A stretch of 64,000 bases of DNA from an uncultured Verrucomicrobiales bacterium. Its GTDB lineage: Bacteria; Verrucomicrobiota; Verrucomicrobiia; Verrucomicrobiales; DEV007. The stretch's first letter is position 1, and each line of letters opens with the position of its first letter. The notes below the pieces were generated by a model. It saw nothing but the letters and a program-made list of their open reading frames with translations. It was not told where the DNA came from and did no database searches. Made by a program: the position numbers and the translations under genes. This document shows, piece after piece, positions 40,404 through 50,481 of this stretch. The DNA lies in contig CALKOM010000134.1 of NCBI GenBank assembly GCA_938091905.1, forward strand, positions 15,501 through 79,500, written 5' to 3'.

Positions 40404-40988
40404 TTAAGGCTCGATCATGCCATAGTCACCGTCTTTGCGTCGGAAAAGTATGGTTAGCTGATCTGTCTTTGCATGACGGTAAACAATGAAATCTCGCTCA
40501 CTGAGCTCCATTTCCATAATCGCCTCGTCTTTGTAGAGCGGACGCACACGATAGTTCTCTTTGTGCACGATCACTGGCTCGACTTCGGCCTCAGTAGCTT
40601 CCGCTTCATCAGCTATTTCAGGACTGTATACGTGTTCACTAAGATGCTTGATCGTATCGTTCGGACGTGGGCGATGGCTCTTAAGCAAACGAGTCTTGTA
40701 CTTTCTCATACGGCGAGCGATCTTACTGATCGTCTCGTCAATAGATTTGTACATATCCTCAGTTTCCGTGCTCGCTTCAATCGTAATATGGTTCGCACAG
40801 AAGAGGATGATCTCGGCGTTCTGGCGAGTCTTTTTCTGCACGTCGAGAATGACCTTGGCTTCGATGATCTTGGGATAATCCAAGTGCAGGCCTTCCACTT
40901 TCTTGTGTGCGAAGTCGCGCATCGCCTCGGTGACATCCACGTGACGACCTGTCACCGTGATGGGGAGATTTACATTGGCAGTTTGCAT
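40404..40988 (-). CDS. hpf: Ribosome hibernation-promoting factor (long HPF)
   Basis: ITVTGRHVDVTEAMR, DMYKSID, RRMRKYKTRL and C-terminal EAIMEMEL...FRRKDGDYG. Start at MQTANV (40988). Confidence 0.92.
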   Translation of the reverse strand: MQTANVNLPITVTGRHVDVTEAMRDFAHKKVEGLHLDYPKIIEAKVILDVQKKTRQNAEIILFCANHITIEASTETEDMYKSIDETISKIARRMRKYKTRLLKSHRPRPNDTIKHLSEHVYSPEIADEAEATEAEVEPVIVHKENYRVRPLYKDEAIMEMELSERDFIVYRHAKTDQLTILFRRKDGDYGMIEP

Positions 40989-41025
40989 TGGCTTTCGTTG
41001 TCTTGGGTTTAATGAGGGAACATGG

Positions 41026-41784
41026 CTACATGCTGAAACGGTCACCGAGATAAAGATCGCGGGTAATCGGATCATTGAGTAGGAAGTCACTATTGCCTTC
41101 GCTCTCAACTTTCCCTTCGTAAATAAGGTAGGCTCGATCGACGATGTCTAACGTCTCTCGTACGTTGTGATCAGTAATAAGAATGGCTAAGCCTGAATCG
41201 CGCAGCGTTAGGACGATCTCTTGCACGTCACTCACCGCTTTAGGATCCACACCGCTAAAAGGCTCGTCGAGCATGAGTAGGCTTGGATTGGTCACGAGCG
41301 ATCGAGCGATCGTAAGGCGACGTTTCTCGCCGCCACTCAACGTGAGCGCGCGGCTCTTGGCCAACTTCGTAATTCCAAATTGCTCAAGCAGTTCATCGCA
41401 CCGCTCGCGACGCTGCTTGCGATTGAGAGACTGCGTCTCCAAGACCGCCATGATGTTCTCTTGCACCGTAAGTTTGCGGAAGATAGACTCTTCCTGAGGA
41501 AGGTATCCCATCCCAAGACGCGCCCGCTTATACATCGGTTGGTTGGTCACATCGTGATCGTCGAAAGCAACGGTTCCTCCGTCTGGCGGCACCAAGCCTA
41601 CAATCATGTAGAAGGACGTTGTCTTTCCAGCACCATTGGGGCCTAGCAAACCCACGACTTCACCAGATTTTACATTGATGTCCACACCGCGGACGACAGC
41701 ACGGCCGTCGTACACCTTTACCAACCCTTGCGTTGCAAGAAGAGCTGTCTTGGTCGAAGCCTTCTTAACGTTATCAACCACCAT
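41026..41784 (-). CDS. lptB: LPS export ABC transporter ATP-binding protein
   Basis: GLLGPNGAGKTT, GYLPQEESIFRKLTV, LSGGEKRR, LDEPFSGVDP and ITDHNVRETL. Confidence 0.95.
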   Translation of the reverse strand: MVVDNVKKASTKTALLATQGLVKVYDGRAVVRGVDINVKSGEVVGLLGPNGAGKTTSFYMIVGLVPPDGGTVAFDDHDVTNQPMYKRARLGMGYLPQEESIFRKLTVQENIMAVLETQSLNRKQRRERCDELLEQFGITKLAKSRALTLSGGEKRRLTIARSLVTNPSLLMLDEPFSGVDPKAVSDVQEIVLTLRDSGLAILITDHNVRETLDIVDRAYLIYEGKVESEGNSDFLLNDPITRDLYLGDRFSM

Positions 41785-42670
41785 ACGTTCGCTTGGTCGC
41801 AGTGCTGCGCGTGGCGCGCTTCCTCTGCTCGTAGAGTTCTTCAATCGTAGGCTTGGGCGGAGGCGTGTACGATCTCGAGGGCCTCCTCGACCCGCCCGTC
41901 GACTTGCCTTGCCCATAGTATTTCCAGGGCCCCCGTTTCACCGAGGAGGCCGAAACAAACTTCCATGAGACCTTCTCACCACTCTTCAACTTCAAGTAAT
42001 CGCGCACAGCTGGAGACACATCGATCCCAGCTTGTTTGTTTGCCCGGTTCTTAGGACGCGCATTGCCAAAGACATACGGCCAGTCATCAGTGACGAAGGG
42101 ACCACAATCCTCCCATTGTGCGTAGCAGGTCTTTCCTCTAAATTTGATCGCAAGCCACTGTCCTTTCAGCGTCGTCCACCCCTTCTTCTTGAAACGCTTA
42201 TGGAACCACGGCACCACGCGGCTCGCCTCCGACTTTGTCCCCGAACGATCAATGTCATTGTAGGGCAGCGCGACATAGAACGGATTTAGTCTGGGCACGA
42301 AAGCCAAGGGGCGATAGTCCCTTGCACGCGCCCGCGGCTTTGGATTGTCGAAACCACCGTAATTTGCTTCCCAATTTTGATCCCACGAACTGGCATGATT
42401 CGGTGTCGGATTCTTAGCCGTCGGTTCCTCGCCTATCCAGAAGATCGTCGCGGTGATATCGCGTTTCCACGGAAAGAATCGTCCCGGCACGGAACGAGGT
42501 TGAGACACCTGTGGGGGTGTGTAGACAGGCGGCCGCTTCGCCCGTTTCGGCTTCGGCGTCACGGGAAGAGGCACTCGAGGTTTCGCTGCCACGCTGTTGT
42601 CGGCATTCACCAGGCTGAGGCTCAGCCCTAAAATACATAAACATGCAAGTTTCGTCACCGTACCAGCCAT
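41774..42670 (-). CDS. Secreted hypothetical protein, possible double-psi beta-barrel (RlpA-like) domain
   Basis: Signal peptide and Pro-rich linker; ATIFW, FYVALP, AQWEDCGP and GIDVSPAV. Confidence 0.6.
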   Translation of the reverse strand: MAGTVTKLACLCILGLSLSLVNADNSVAAKPRVPLPVTPKPKRAKRPPVYTPPQVSQPRSVPGRFFPWKRDITATIFWIGEEPTAKNPTPNHASSWDQNWEANYGGFDNPKPRARARDYRPLAFVPRLNPFYVALPYNDIDRSGTKSEASRVVPWFHKRFKKKGWTTLKGQWLAIKFRGKTCYAQWEDCGPFVTDDWPYVFGNARPKNRANKQAGIDVSPAVRDYLKLKSGEKVSWKFVSASSVKRGPWKYYGQGKSTGGSRRPSRSYTPPPKPTIEELYEQRKRATRSTATKRTYGG

Positions 42671-42774
42671 TAGAGCAATCTAAAGGCAGGGGAAAACGAC
42701 GCAAGAAAGGAACGCCGAAATCCCGGTTTCGTCCGCAGATTGACGCCAGAGACCATGGAGGCCAAGATTTGCTC

Positions 42775-43665
42775 ATGAAACTTCCATCACGTCGCCAATT
42801 TCTCCACACAGCGATCGGCGGGCTGGGCCTCAGTGGCTTGGCTTATCCAGCTCTTGGTCGCTCCCCTATTGCACGCAGCGGCCCACCCCGATTGCGTCCC
42901 GCGCTGGCAGCTTACTCGTTTCGAGAGGCCTTTAAGCAGAAGGGCAAGCTCGACATGTTTGGCTTCATTGACTACTGCGCCAAGCACGGTGTGGAGGGGG
43001 CTGAGCTTACCAGTTACTTCTTTCCAGAAGACCTCGATAAGTCGTACCTTCTTCGCATCAAGCAGCACGCCTTTCTCAAAGGCGTCACCATCAGTGGCAC
43101 AGCTGTAGGCAACAACTTTGCGCTGCCCAATGGCGCTGAACTGGCCCAGCAAATTGCCGATGTGAAACGCTGGATAGACCGAGCGGAAAGCATGGGCGCT
43201 CCTCACATACGCGTCTTCGCAGGCGCTCCGAAAGGCCTTGATCAAGCCGCTGCAGTGAAGCAATGCATCGCCGCGCTCGAAGACTGTTGCGACTACGCTG
43301 GGAACAAAGGCATCTTCCTCGGGCTAGAAAACCATGGCGGCATCGTGGCAGAGGCCGACTCATTGTTAGAAATCGTTGAAGCCGTGCAAAGCCCTTGGCT
43401 AGGCATCAACCTAGACACCGGAAACTTCAAAACGGACGACCCGTATGGTGATCTTGAAAAATGCGCGCCCTACGCAGTAAATGTACAAGTAAAAGTCGAG
43501 ATTCAGAAACGCGGCCAACCCAAACGGCTCGCGGACATCGGCCGTCTCACCTACATCTTGCGTGAGTCCAATTACCAGGGCTTCATCACCCTCGAATATG
43601 AAGCCAAGGAAGATCCATTCGAAGCAGTGCCTAGCTGGATCGCCAAACTAACGCATTTCTGTTAG
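42775..43665 (+). CDS. Tat-exported sugar phosphate isomerase/epimerase
   Basis: SRRQFL Tat motif; LGLENHGG, NLDTGNF and LEYE. Start at MKLPSRR (42775). Confidence 0.85.
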   Translation: MKLPSRRQFLHTAIGGLGLSGLAYPALGRSPIARSGPPRLRPALAAYSFREAFKQKGKLDMFGFIDYCAKHGVEGAELTSYFFPEDLDKSYLLRIKQHAFLKGVTISGTAVGNNFALPNGAELAQQIADVKRWIDRAESMGAPHIRVFAGAPKGLDQAAAVKQCIAALEDCCDYAGNKGIFLGLENHGGIVAEADSLLEIVEAVQSPWLGINLDTGNFKTDDPYGDLEKCAPYAVNVQVKVEIQKRGQPKRLADIGRLTYILRESNYQGFITLEYEAKEDPFEAVPSWIAKLTHFC

Positions 43666-43677
43666 ATAAAGGTAACC

Positions 43678-44826
43678 CTACTCGCTAAACCAGGAGAGGA
43701 ACGGAATCCTTCCCGGAGGCTTCAGACTGACAACAACTTCAGACCCCGGGAGTAGCGGCAATTGCGACTCTTCATCGTTCCCACCAAGGTTTCCGAACTC
43801 CACCAACCGCCCACGCACCATACGCCCTCGTATTGGACTACCATAGTCGGGAATCTGCGAGAGCGACTGCTGCAAGGATACCACCGTTGCTGTCACATAT
43901 TCCTTCCGGTTATTAGGTATCGCAATGTAAGCCGTGTCACCCACTTTCATATTGAGTGAAAACTGTTCTGGAATCATCGCCGTGATCGTCTTGGGCTGTT
44001 TCACTACGATGTCCATGATCGGATCACCAGCCTTCACCACGCTTCCAGGTTTAGCGTAGACTTTGTCGATATAGCCAGAGTTCGCGTTGCGAATGACCGA
44101 GCTGTCGATCTTAGCTTGGAGGAATAGCAAGACATCATTGCTGGTGTCCGGAATGTTCGACAAATCACTAAGCTTTTGAATGCTCGCATTAGAATCCTGA
44201 ACGAGCTTTTCGGTGGAGGCCATGGTCTGTCTGACTCCGCTCAGAGTACCCTCAAGCGTCTCGATTCTCGCCTGGACCACTTGAACATCAGACTCAGTTT
44301 TAGTGACACCAAGAGCCTTCTTGTAAGAGGCTAGAACTTTCTTCTCTGCGTCAATTTCCGACTGCACAACCTTCTGCTCGCTATCTAGCAAAGAGATCTG
44401 CGCTGTGAAGTCAGAAATCTGCTTCTGGAGCTCTTGCTGAAGCTTCGCATTGTCGAAGATCGTCTTCTGCTTCTCGGCTGCCATCTCGGCGATGATCAGC
44501 TTATCGTCAATCTTGGCCACGACCTTGTTGGCATCCACAAACACCCCTTGTTCTAACTTCGCAAAGGCGCCATCTGAATCTAACATAGCGTCTACGCCTT
44601 CAGGCAATGGCAACAGCCGCCCGGTGATGTCAGCTGCAATTGTTTCAACGGGCTTCGTGACAATACCTCGCATGCGATTGAACTCGCCGCCCGTCTGGTA
44701 AGCCCAGACGCCCAGCGCAGCGACGCCTAACCAAACCAAGAGAGGCCAGCTCTCTCGGATCGCGCGACGGCGCATGAGCTTCTTATGAAGCTTGTAATTC
44801 GGATGGGAAGGTGTTTCAGAACTCAT
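43678..44826 (-). CDS. HlyD-like periplasmic adaptor / membrane fusion protein
   Basis: N-terminal TM helix, long coiled coil, lipoyl-like GYIDKVYAKPGSVVKAGDPI and LLPGSEV. Confidence 0.75.
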   Translation of the reverse strand: MSSETPSHPNYKLHKKLMRRRAIRESWPLLVWLGVAALGVWAYQTGGEFNRMRGIVTKPVETIAADITGRLLPLPEGVDAMLDSDGAFAKLEQGVFVDANKVVAKIDDKLIIAEMAAEKQKTIFDNAKLQQELQKQISDFTAQISLLDSEQKVVQSEIDAEKKVLASYKKALGVTKTESDVQVVQARIETLEGTLSGVRQTMASTEKLVQDSNASIQKLSDLSNIPDTSNDVLLFLQAKIDSSVIRNANSGYIDKVYAKPGSVVKAGDPIMDIVVKQPKTITAMIPEQFSLNMKVGDTAYIAIPNNRKEYVTATVVSLQQSLSQIPDYGSPIRGRMVRGRLVEFGNLGGNDEESQLPLLPGSEVVVSLKPPGRIPFLSWFSE

Positions 44827-44850
44827 GGTCGGTTTCTCTTCTCCAAAGGG

Positions 44851-45534
44851 TTAGATTTCAACCGTTGTGCGTTGCATGACGAGGCTCACCTCGGAAATGT
44901 CCGGCAACTTGCCTAACGCATCGACCAAATCCGTTTTATAACTCGGATCGATCAAGCGCACGCTGTACGAATATTCGAGCACCTCTCCCTGGATGGCCTC
45001 TCGCATCGCCACCAGCTCCGTATGGGTGGTGAATCGCTGGAATATGTTATCCACCTGATTTTGCGAATCCGAATTCGGAGGTAGCAGGAATCTAAGCAAT
45101 CCCTCGAATTCTCGGCGCGATGCAAAGGGCGACCACATGAGGAAGAACGCCGCGAAACTAAAGAAAGCCGTTCCCATCAACGCCACATTGTAAACCTGCG
45201 AGCCGCAGGCGATCCCCACAGCAAGACAGCAAAAAAGGAAGATGATGTCTCGGGGATCACGGATCGGGGTCCGGAATCGAACGAAAGCCATGGCCCCCAT
45301 GATGCCAAGGCCACGGGCCAGGTTGTTTCCAATGGCCACGATCATGATCGTGATAACGATCGTTGCTAAGACCATCGTCTGCAGGAAGGATCGAGCATAG
45401 GTGAAGCCTTGGTGCGTGTAGCGGTAGACCGTGGCAATGGTCATCCCCAACACAAAACTCATGCAGAGTGAAAAGAAGATCTCAAGTGGAGCGAGAGCTT
45501 TACTAGGGCCTAGTGAGGTGAGAAAGGATTCCAT
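44851..45534 (-). CDS. DUF4956 membrane protein
   Basis: IGNNLARGLGIMGAMAFVRFRTPIRDPRD signature. Confidence 0.88.
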   Translation of the reverse strand: MESFLTSLGPSKALAPLEIFFSLCMSFVLGMTIATVYRYTHQGFTYARSFLQTMVLATIVITIMIVAIGNNLARGLGIMGAMAFVRFRTPIRDPRDIIFLFCCLAVGIACGSQVYNVALMGTAFFSFAAFFLMWSPFASRREFEGLLRFLLPPNSDSQNQVDNIFQRFTTHTELVAMREAIQGEVLEYSYSVRLIDPSYKTDLVDALGKLPDISEVSLVMQRTTVEI

Positions 45535-45574
45535 CGGCTGGAGGGTCGATTGCGGTCAGATTATCAGCAAGGAT

Positions 45575-46444
45575 TTAATACGTAGTATTCTCAGACTGGG
45601 CGGAGTACTGGAATCCGCGAGAAATGGTTTCGAGGCGCCAAGCAGTGGCATACTTGCAGAAGCCCGTCGTCGATAAGTTAAACCGTTCAACGAGTTCAAG
45701 CATCCAGCGAGGAGAATCCTTCATCGCTTTCAGCTCGAAGATGTAGCCCGCAAAGGGGCGATTGAGCCCCATTTGCGTGTCCATCGGACGCCAAAGGCTG
45801 GTGTCATCCTCCACGGGAAGACGCCACTCTCGTGTAGGGCGATAGGAAACGCGGCGATCAAAGGTCACGCGGGCATAGTCATCATTCGCTCCGAAATAGG
45901 ACTCCCGCACGTAACGGATCAGCATCTTTGGCCGCGCTTTTAGCCGATGTACGATCCGACAATACTCAAGGAAATTGTTGTTGTCCTTGGGAGTCTTCAG
46001 CATTGGAGCGGTATTAGGATGCACGACAATAGAGCCCTCGAACGGGCCACTGTAATACTGACCCAACGTCATCTTCGCACGACTCTTGATGATGACATTG
46101 TTTACCTTCCGCTTCAGCTCAAAGAACACGGGATGCTCTGGTCTAGTACCGTAAGTGCGAATCCGTAACTTAAATCGAGCAAATGACTTACGCTCTTTCG
46201 CCAGCGCCAGGTCCATTGTTGGCGTATCGAGTTGCAATGTCGTGACCGTGTATTCAGGCACAGCCCCCTTCCCGTTCGGGTCAGGAACGCAGAAAGGCTT
46301 GATGAATTCCCGGATTTTGGGAACTAGGCTCGGATGAACGATGTACTTCTGCTCGAAACGTTCAATGACCTGGTCTTTCGCGCCTTTCCGGCTTGGGCCT
46401 AAAGGGGCCTGGGTATTACCAGTCGGTGGGTTCGCGCTGCTCAT
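45575..46444 (-). CDS. VTC / polyphosphate polymerase domain protein (CYTH-like)
   Basis: RFEQKY (ExK), RFKLRIRTY, FFELKRK, YVRESY, RVTFD, IFELK and FCKY. Confidence 0.88.
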   Translation of the reverse strand: MSSANPPTGNTQAPLGPSRKGAKDQVIERFEQKYIVHPSLVPKIREFIKPFCVPDPNGKGAVPEYTVTTLQLDTPTMDLALAKERKSFARFKLRIRTYGTRPEHPVFFELKRKVNNVIIKSRAKMTLGQYYSGPFEGSIVVHPNTAPMLKTPKDNNNFLEYCRIVHRLKARPKMLIRYVRESYFGANDDYARVTFDRRVSYRPTREWRLPVEDDTSLWRPMDTQMGLNRPFAGYIFELKAMKDSPRWMLELVERFNLSTTGFCKYATAWRLETISRGFQYSAQSENTTY

Positions 46445-46862
46445 CGAATAGAAGGAATCTTTCAGGGAAGGCAGTCTTTACGCGGCGACGCCCAGAGCGT
46501 CAATGGAGATGTCACGGTCTCGTCAACTTGCTCGCGCAAATGAGCCGGCTCAGTAGCCTTTGATACATACCGTCTTCTATCAGTTGAATCACCGTTTGGA
46601 AAATCCAAGATTTGAGACAACCATGAAAACTAGGTCTACAAGAAAAGAAATCGTAACGGCGGCGGCAGCAGTTGCGATTTATGAGGCTCTAAATAGGAAG
46701 GTCGCCCAAGAAATGGTCACGAAACAATACTTAGCGCATTGGCACCCATACCAAAAAATAAAAGCCCCGACCGCCGGCTCTGCAGATCATCGACCTGGAC
46801 TCAAGTTCAATTCAGTTCCGGTGCAGCGAACCCCTTCGCCAGAAAATGAGGGAATTCTTACC

Positions 46863-47720
46863 CTATTTCATGAGCGGATGCTCCTTGAGAAGTTCTGCTC
46901 CCTGATAGGGCAATGTCTGATCCTTTATCGAGTCACGGACAGCCTTTACTTGCCCCTCAGAGACTTCAGGACCAGAGTTGCCCCACTCATTGCGCACATA
47001 AGTCAGGACATCGGCAATCTCATCGTCTTTTAGCAGAGCCTCAAGGGGCGTCATCACGCCATTATAAGGCTCACCGTTGACTTCGATGTTCCCCATGAGC
47101 CCCTTGAGCACGATCTTGATCTGGCGCTCAGTATCACCGTCAAGCCAGTCCGATCCTGCCAACGGTGGAAACGCGGGCGGAATGCCCTGGCCGTTAGGTT
47201 GATGGCAGGTGAAACAAATTCCCACTCGCATGTATACCTCTTTGCCACGGGTCATCTTCTCCGGATCGATCTCCGCCGAACCAGCCGCAAAGAGTCCTGC
47301 CGCATCGCTCGGCAAAACCTCGGCCGGCAGCCCTTTCAAAACGTCCAACGCACCTAACTTTAAATCGTCGCTTGGTGTTAGTTGATGAATCCGCCAGAGA
47401 CGGTAGGCCATGGATTGATCAGGCACCTTAGCTTTCGCCCAAGTCTTCATCATCACCACCTGCTGCTCAGGAGACATCCAAGTGGCAAGATCACCACCGG
47501 GAAGTAAGCGTTCAATCAGCTTTGACTCAGCCTTCAGGGAGTCTCCCTCAAGCTCACTTAAGCCCTTGACCAAAGCTTCGCGCCCCGACCCACTTGCAAC
47601 GACGCTAGCGACGTCCTCCGACGCATTCCACTCCCCAGATCCCACCTGCACCATCCACACAGACACCATCAACAACAAAATAAATTTTAAAAACATTTGG
47701 CAATTCATATCTAAATCCAT
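46863..47720 (-). CDS. Monoheme cytochrome c domain protein
   Basis: CFTCHQPNGQG, FPPLAGSDW, GVM axial Met and IADVLTYVRNEWGN. Confidence 0.9.
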   Translation of the reverse strand: MDLDMNCQMFLKFILLLMVSVWMVQVGSGEWNASEDVASVVASGSGREALVKGLSELEGDSLKAESKLIERLLPGGDLATWMSPEQQVVMMKTWAKAKVPDQSMAYRLWRIHQLTPSDDLKLGALDVLKGLPAEVLPSDAAGLFAAGSAEIDPEKMTRGKEVYMRVGICFTCHQPNGQGIPPAFPPLAGSDWLDGDTERQIKIVLKGLMGNIEVNGEPYNGVMTPLEALLKDDEIADVLTYVRNEWGNSGPEVSEGQVKAVRDSIKDQTLPYQGAELLKEHPLMK

Positions 47721-47783
47721 CCATCGGAGCGGATTCCAGTCAACCTGAAGTCGATCAATGACTGCAACTACCTACCTTCAATG

Positions 47784-47802
47784 ACATTCAATCATTGAAT
47801 GT
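47784..47802. promoter_or_regulatory. Perfect 9-1-9 inverted repeat, putative operator
   Basis: ACATTCAAT-C-ATTGAATGT between divergent genes. Confidence 0.55.
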
Positions 47803-47855
47803 AATCAGCCAAATGCTTAAAGAAAGGCGTACGGTGATCTAGAACTATCCCAATC

Positions 47856-49319
47856 GTGATGAATAAATTGCTAGGAATTCTCTTGTCTGCCAGCGCTGCC
47901 GCTTGGCCCACCTCGGCCCTTCTTGCCGAAGTTCCCAACACCAAGCCGAACGGGATTGGGGCTCAGGCGCCCACACCGCGCGTCCAGGTAGTCCCTGTGA
48001 CGACTGAAAGTAGAAAGAAGCAATCAGATGCGAGTTCCTCTGAAGCTGCCATCGCTGAAATCGACAAATGTCTAACCAAAGCCAGCTCCAAGGCCAAGGA
48101 ACTCGCTGAGGTCATTCGCAATGCAAAGAAAGAGAAACTCGCTGCGCAGAATGACGCCAAGAAGACGAAAAATCAGTTAGGTGACGTCAAGAAGCAGATG
48201 GAGCAGGTGCGCCAAGAACTCGCGTCAATGAAGAAACGGGAGACCAAGAATCGCTCCGAACTAAAAGACCTCGAATCCAAGCTCGCCTCCTCCACCAAGA
48301 AAGCCGCAGACGAATCTAACAAGCTACTCGCCGCAGCGAACGACATCTCCAGATGGGAAAAGCGCGCGACGAAGGCCGAGGGCGAACTCCGGCAAACAAG
48401 GAAAGCGATGGAGGCCACACTTCGAGTGGCTAACGAAGCCAAGGCTCTTGGTAGTCGCTACCAGGAAAAGCTCACACTCGGGGTCACTCAGCTTGCAGAG
48501 CGTGAAAGCACTCTCAAAAACACACTCGCCTCTCTTAAGTTATCCCGAGAAGCGGCTAACAAATGCCAAGCAAAGGTGACTTCACTCCAAATCGAACTCG
48601 ATAAACAGAGCAAACGTTACGAAGCAGTTGCTGCAGCCATGAAGAAGGCCGAATCGGAGCGCGACTCCTACCGAAAAAGCAAACTCGCTGCCGAGAAATC
48701 GCTCACTCGCCTCAAAGGTCAGCTCGCTAGCCTCAAAACCAAGGCAAATAAACTACCAACGATTGAAAAGGAACTCGCCGCAGCTCGCAAGACGCTCAAT
48801 GAGAAACAACAAGCAGAAACCGCTCAAGCAAGAGTCGCCGCCCGACTCGCAAAGTCGTCCGATCAGATGAAAGATCGGCTCAATGAGATCCTCATGGAGC
48901 GTGAAGAACTGCATGACAATCTCACCATCCTTCGCAATGAGTTTGCTCAGTACCGGATCACCTCAAAAGGTGAGCAGGACCGGTTCGCCAAAGAGTCCGT
49001 CAACCTGCTCCAAGCCTCTCTGGCCCGCGAAAGCACCGACTATAGGAGCGAGCTTGAGAAGCGTGACGCTCGACTCGCGCAACTTGAGAAAGCCCTCAAA
49101 GAAAAGGAGGAAGCCCTTCAAGCCACATACAAGCGAGAGAAGGCAACGTCTTCCAAGCTCAGCAAAACTGCAGAATCCAGAGACGCTGAAGCCAGGGCTC
49201 GCCAGTCTCTCTTGCAGGCACTGAAACAACTTCGTAAGGACCTTGAGTCATCTCAAAAGAAGGCCTGCAAGCTGCAAGAACAACTCGTCGATCTTGAATC
49301 TCTTAGTCTCGAGAACTAG
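47856..49319 (+). CDS. Secreted long coiled-coil protein
   Basis: Signal peptide followed by about 420 aa of K/E/A/L-rich heptads. Confidence 0.75.
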   Translation: MMNKLLGILLSASAAAWPTSALLAEVPNTKPNGIGAQAPTPRVQVVPVTTESRKKQSDASSSEAAIAEIDKCLTKASSKAKELAEVIRNAKKEKLAAQNDAKKTKNQLGDVKKQMEQVRQELASMKKRETKNRSELKDLESKLASSTKKAADESNKLLAAANDISRWEKRATKAEGELRQTRKAMEATLRVANEAKALGSRYQEKLTLGVTQLAERESTLKNTLASLKLSREAANKCQAKVTSLQIELDKQSKRYEAVAAAMKKAESERDSYRKSKLAAEKSLTRLKGQLASLKTKANKLPTIEKELAAARKTLNEKQQAETAQARVAARLAKSSDQMKDRLNEILMEREELHDNLTILRNEFAQYRITSKGEQDRFAKESVNLLQASLARESTDYRSELEKRDARLAQLEKALKEKEEALQATYKREKATSSKLSKTAESRDAEARARQSLLQALKQLRKDLESSQKKACKLQEQLVDLESLSLEN

Positions 49320-49348
49320 CCACAAGAGATTCTATCCATCATCTGACC

Positions 49349-50372
49349 ATAAAACCTGTTCCGTCGTTCTGCGGAGCGTTGCTGCTCCTGTATGTCTGCC
49401 CCACGCCTTGCGACGGCCAAGACCTCACCCCCCATCAAGAAGCAGCCAAACAGATCGACTCCTGCCTCACCCTAGCAGATCAGCGGATAGCTGTTCTTTC
49501 TGAACGACTGCGCGAACTCAAAACCCAAAACCAACGTCTAAAAACGTTGGAAGATGCCCTAAGCAAAGCTACTCTTCAAAAGTCTCTGCTCGAAGCCGAG
49601 CTTCACGCCAAGAACGCCAACGCCAATGAAACTGGTAACGCTGATCTTGAATATGCCCTATCGGATGCACTGAAGATATCCAACGCTTATAGGGAGGAAA
49701 CCGAGCGCCTCCGCCAAGACATCATGCGTCTAACTCAATTGGCAAACTTGGCAGCATCTGATAAAGAAAGACGCCAACTTGCCGAGCAAGAGCATGCAAA
49801 TCAAGCCAAGGAGTTCCTAGCAGATCTAGAGAAGCACCTAACCGATCGCGAAGTAGAGCTTCGCCAAGCTTCGAACGGGGCTCAATCAGAAGGAGAAAGC
49901 ATGGCAACAAGAACGTAATGCTTTCCAAACGAAACAGAACGCCTTTCAGGCAGAGATCGCCACCGCTCGCCATGCTCAGACGGTGATGCAGGGAGATTTC
50001 TTGCAGATCGATCCCATTCGCTACGAGTTGAATTCCTCACAGATCAACGAAGAGCAAGCACGCATACTCGCCCGAGCCCAGAAGATCCTCCAGATCTACC
50101 CGAACGCTTCTTTCGAGATTCGTGGGCATACCTGCATTCTAGGTTCAGAGGAGCGCAATCAGATACTGAGCGAACAGCGAGCCAAACGCCTCCTCGACTT
50201 CCTCACCGCGAGCGGCATCGCCCCCAAACAACTCAGCTCCGCCGGTTTCGGTGAGAGCAAACCCATCGCAGACAATAGCACAGACGCTGGGCGCCGTGAG
50301 AACCGCAGGGTGGAAATCCGGGTCAAATCCGCTGATGGCAAGACTCTCCTGGACACAGAGGACCGCCCTTAG
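49349..50372 (+). pseudogene. Coiled-coil + OmpA-like peptidoglycan-binding protein, frameshifted
   Basis: ORFs 49379-49918 and 49983-50372 join if one base is removed at about 49860 (EVEL-AKLRTGLNQKEKAWQQERNAF...MQGDF). OmpA motifs IRGHT, LSEQRA, GFGESKP and NRRVEI. The signal-peptide start position reads ATA at 49349. Confidence 0.75.
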
Positions 50373-50481
50373 AGCTAGGGCCAGACCTTTCTTGAGGCGG
50401 AGGATTCAGAGTTGCTGGAGGTTGGCAATTGGGAGATCGTTGAGGTATCAGAGTCCTCCGGATCGAACTCTCAAAACACCG

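Noticed and set aside
46499..46526. GTCA repeats at 11-12 bp spacing upstream of the VTC gene (Pho-box-like)
   Set aside because: Poor match to the consensus and on the opposite strand; equally explained as TTGAC -35-like elements.
46560..47033. 157-aa plus-strand ORF
   Set aside because: Overlaps the cytochrome c gene antisense and has no recognisable motif. A short peptide from ATG 46623 cannot be excluded but is unsupported.
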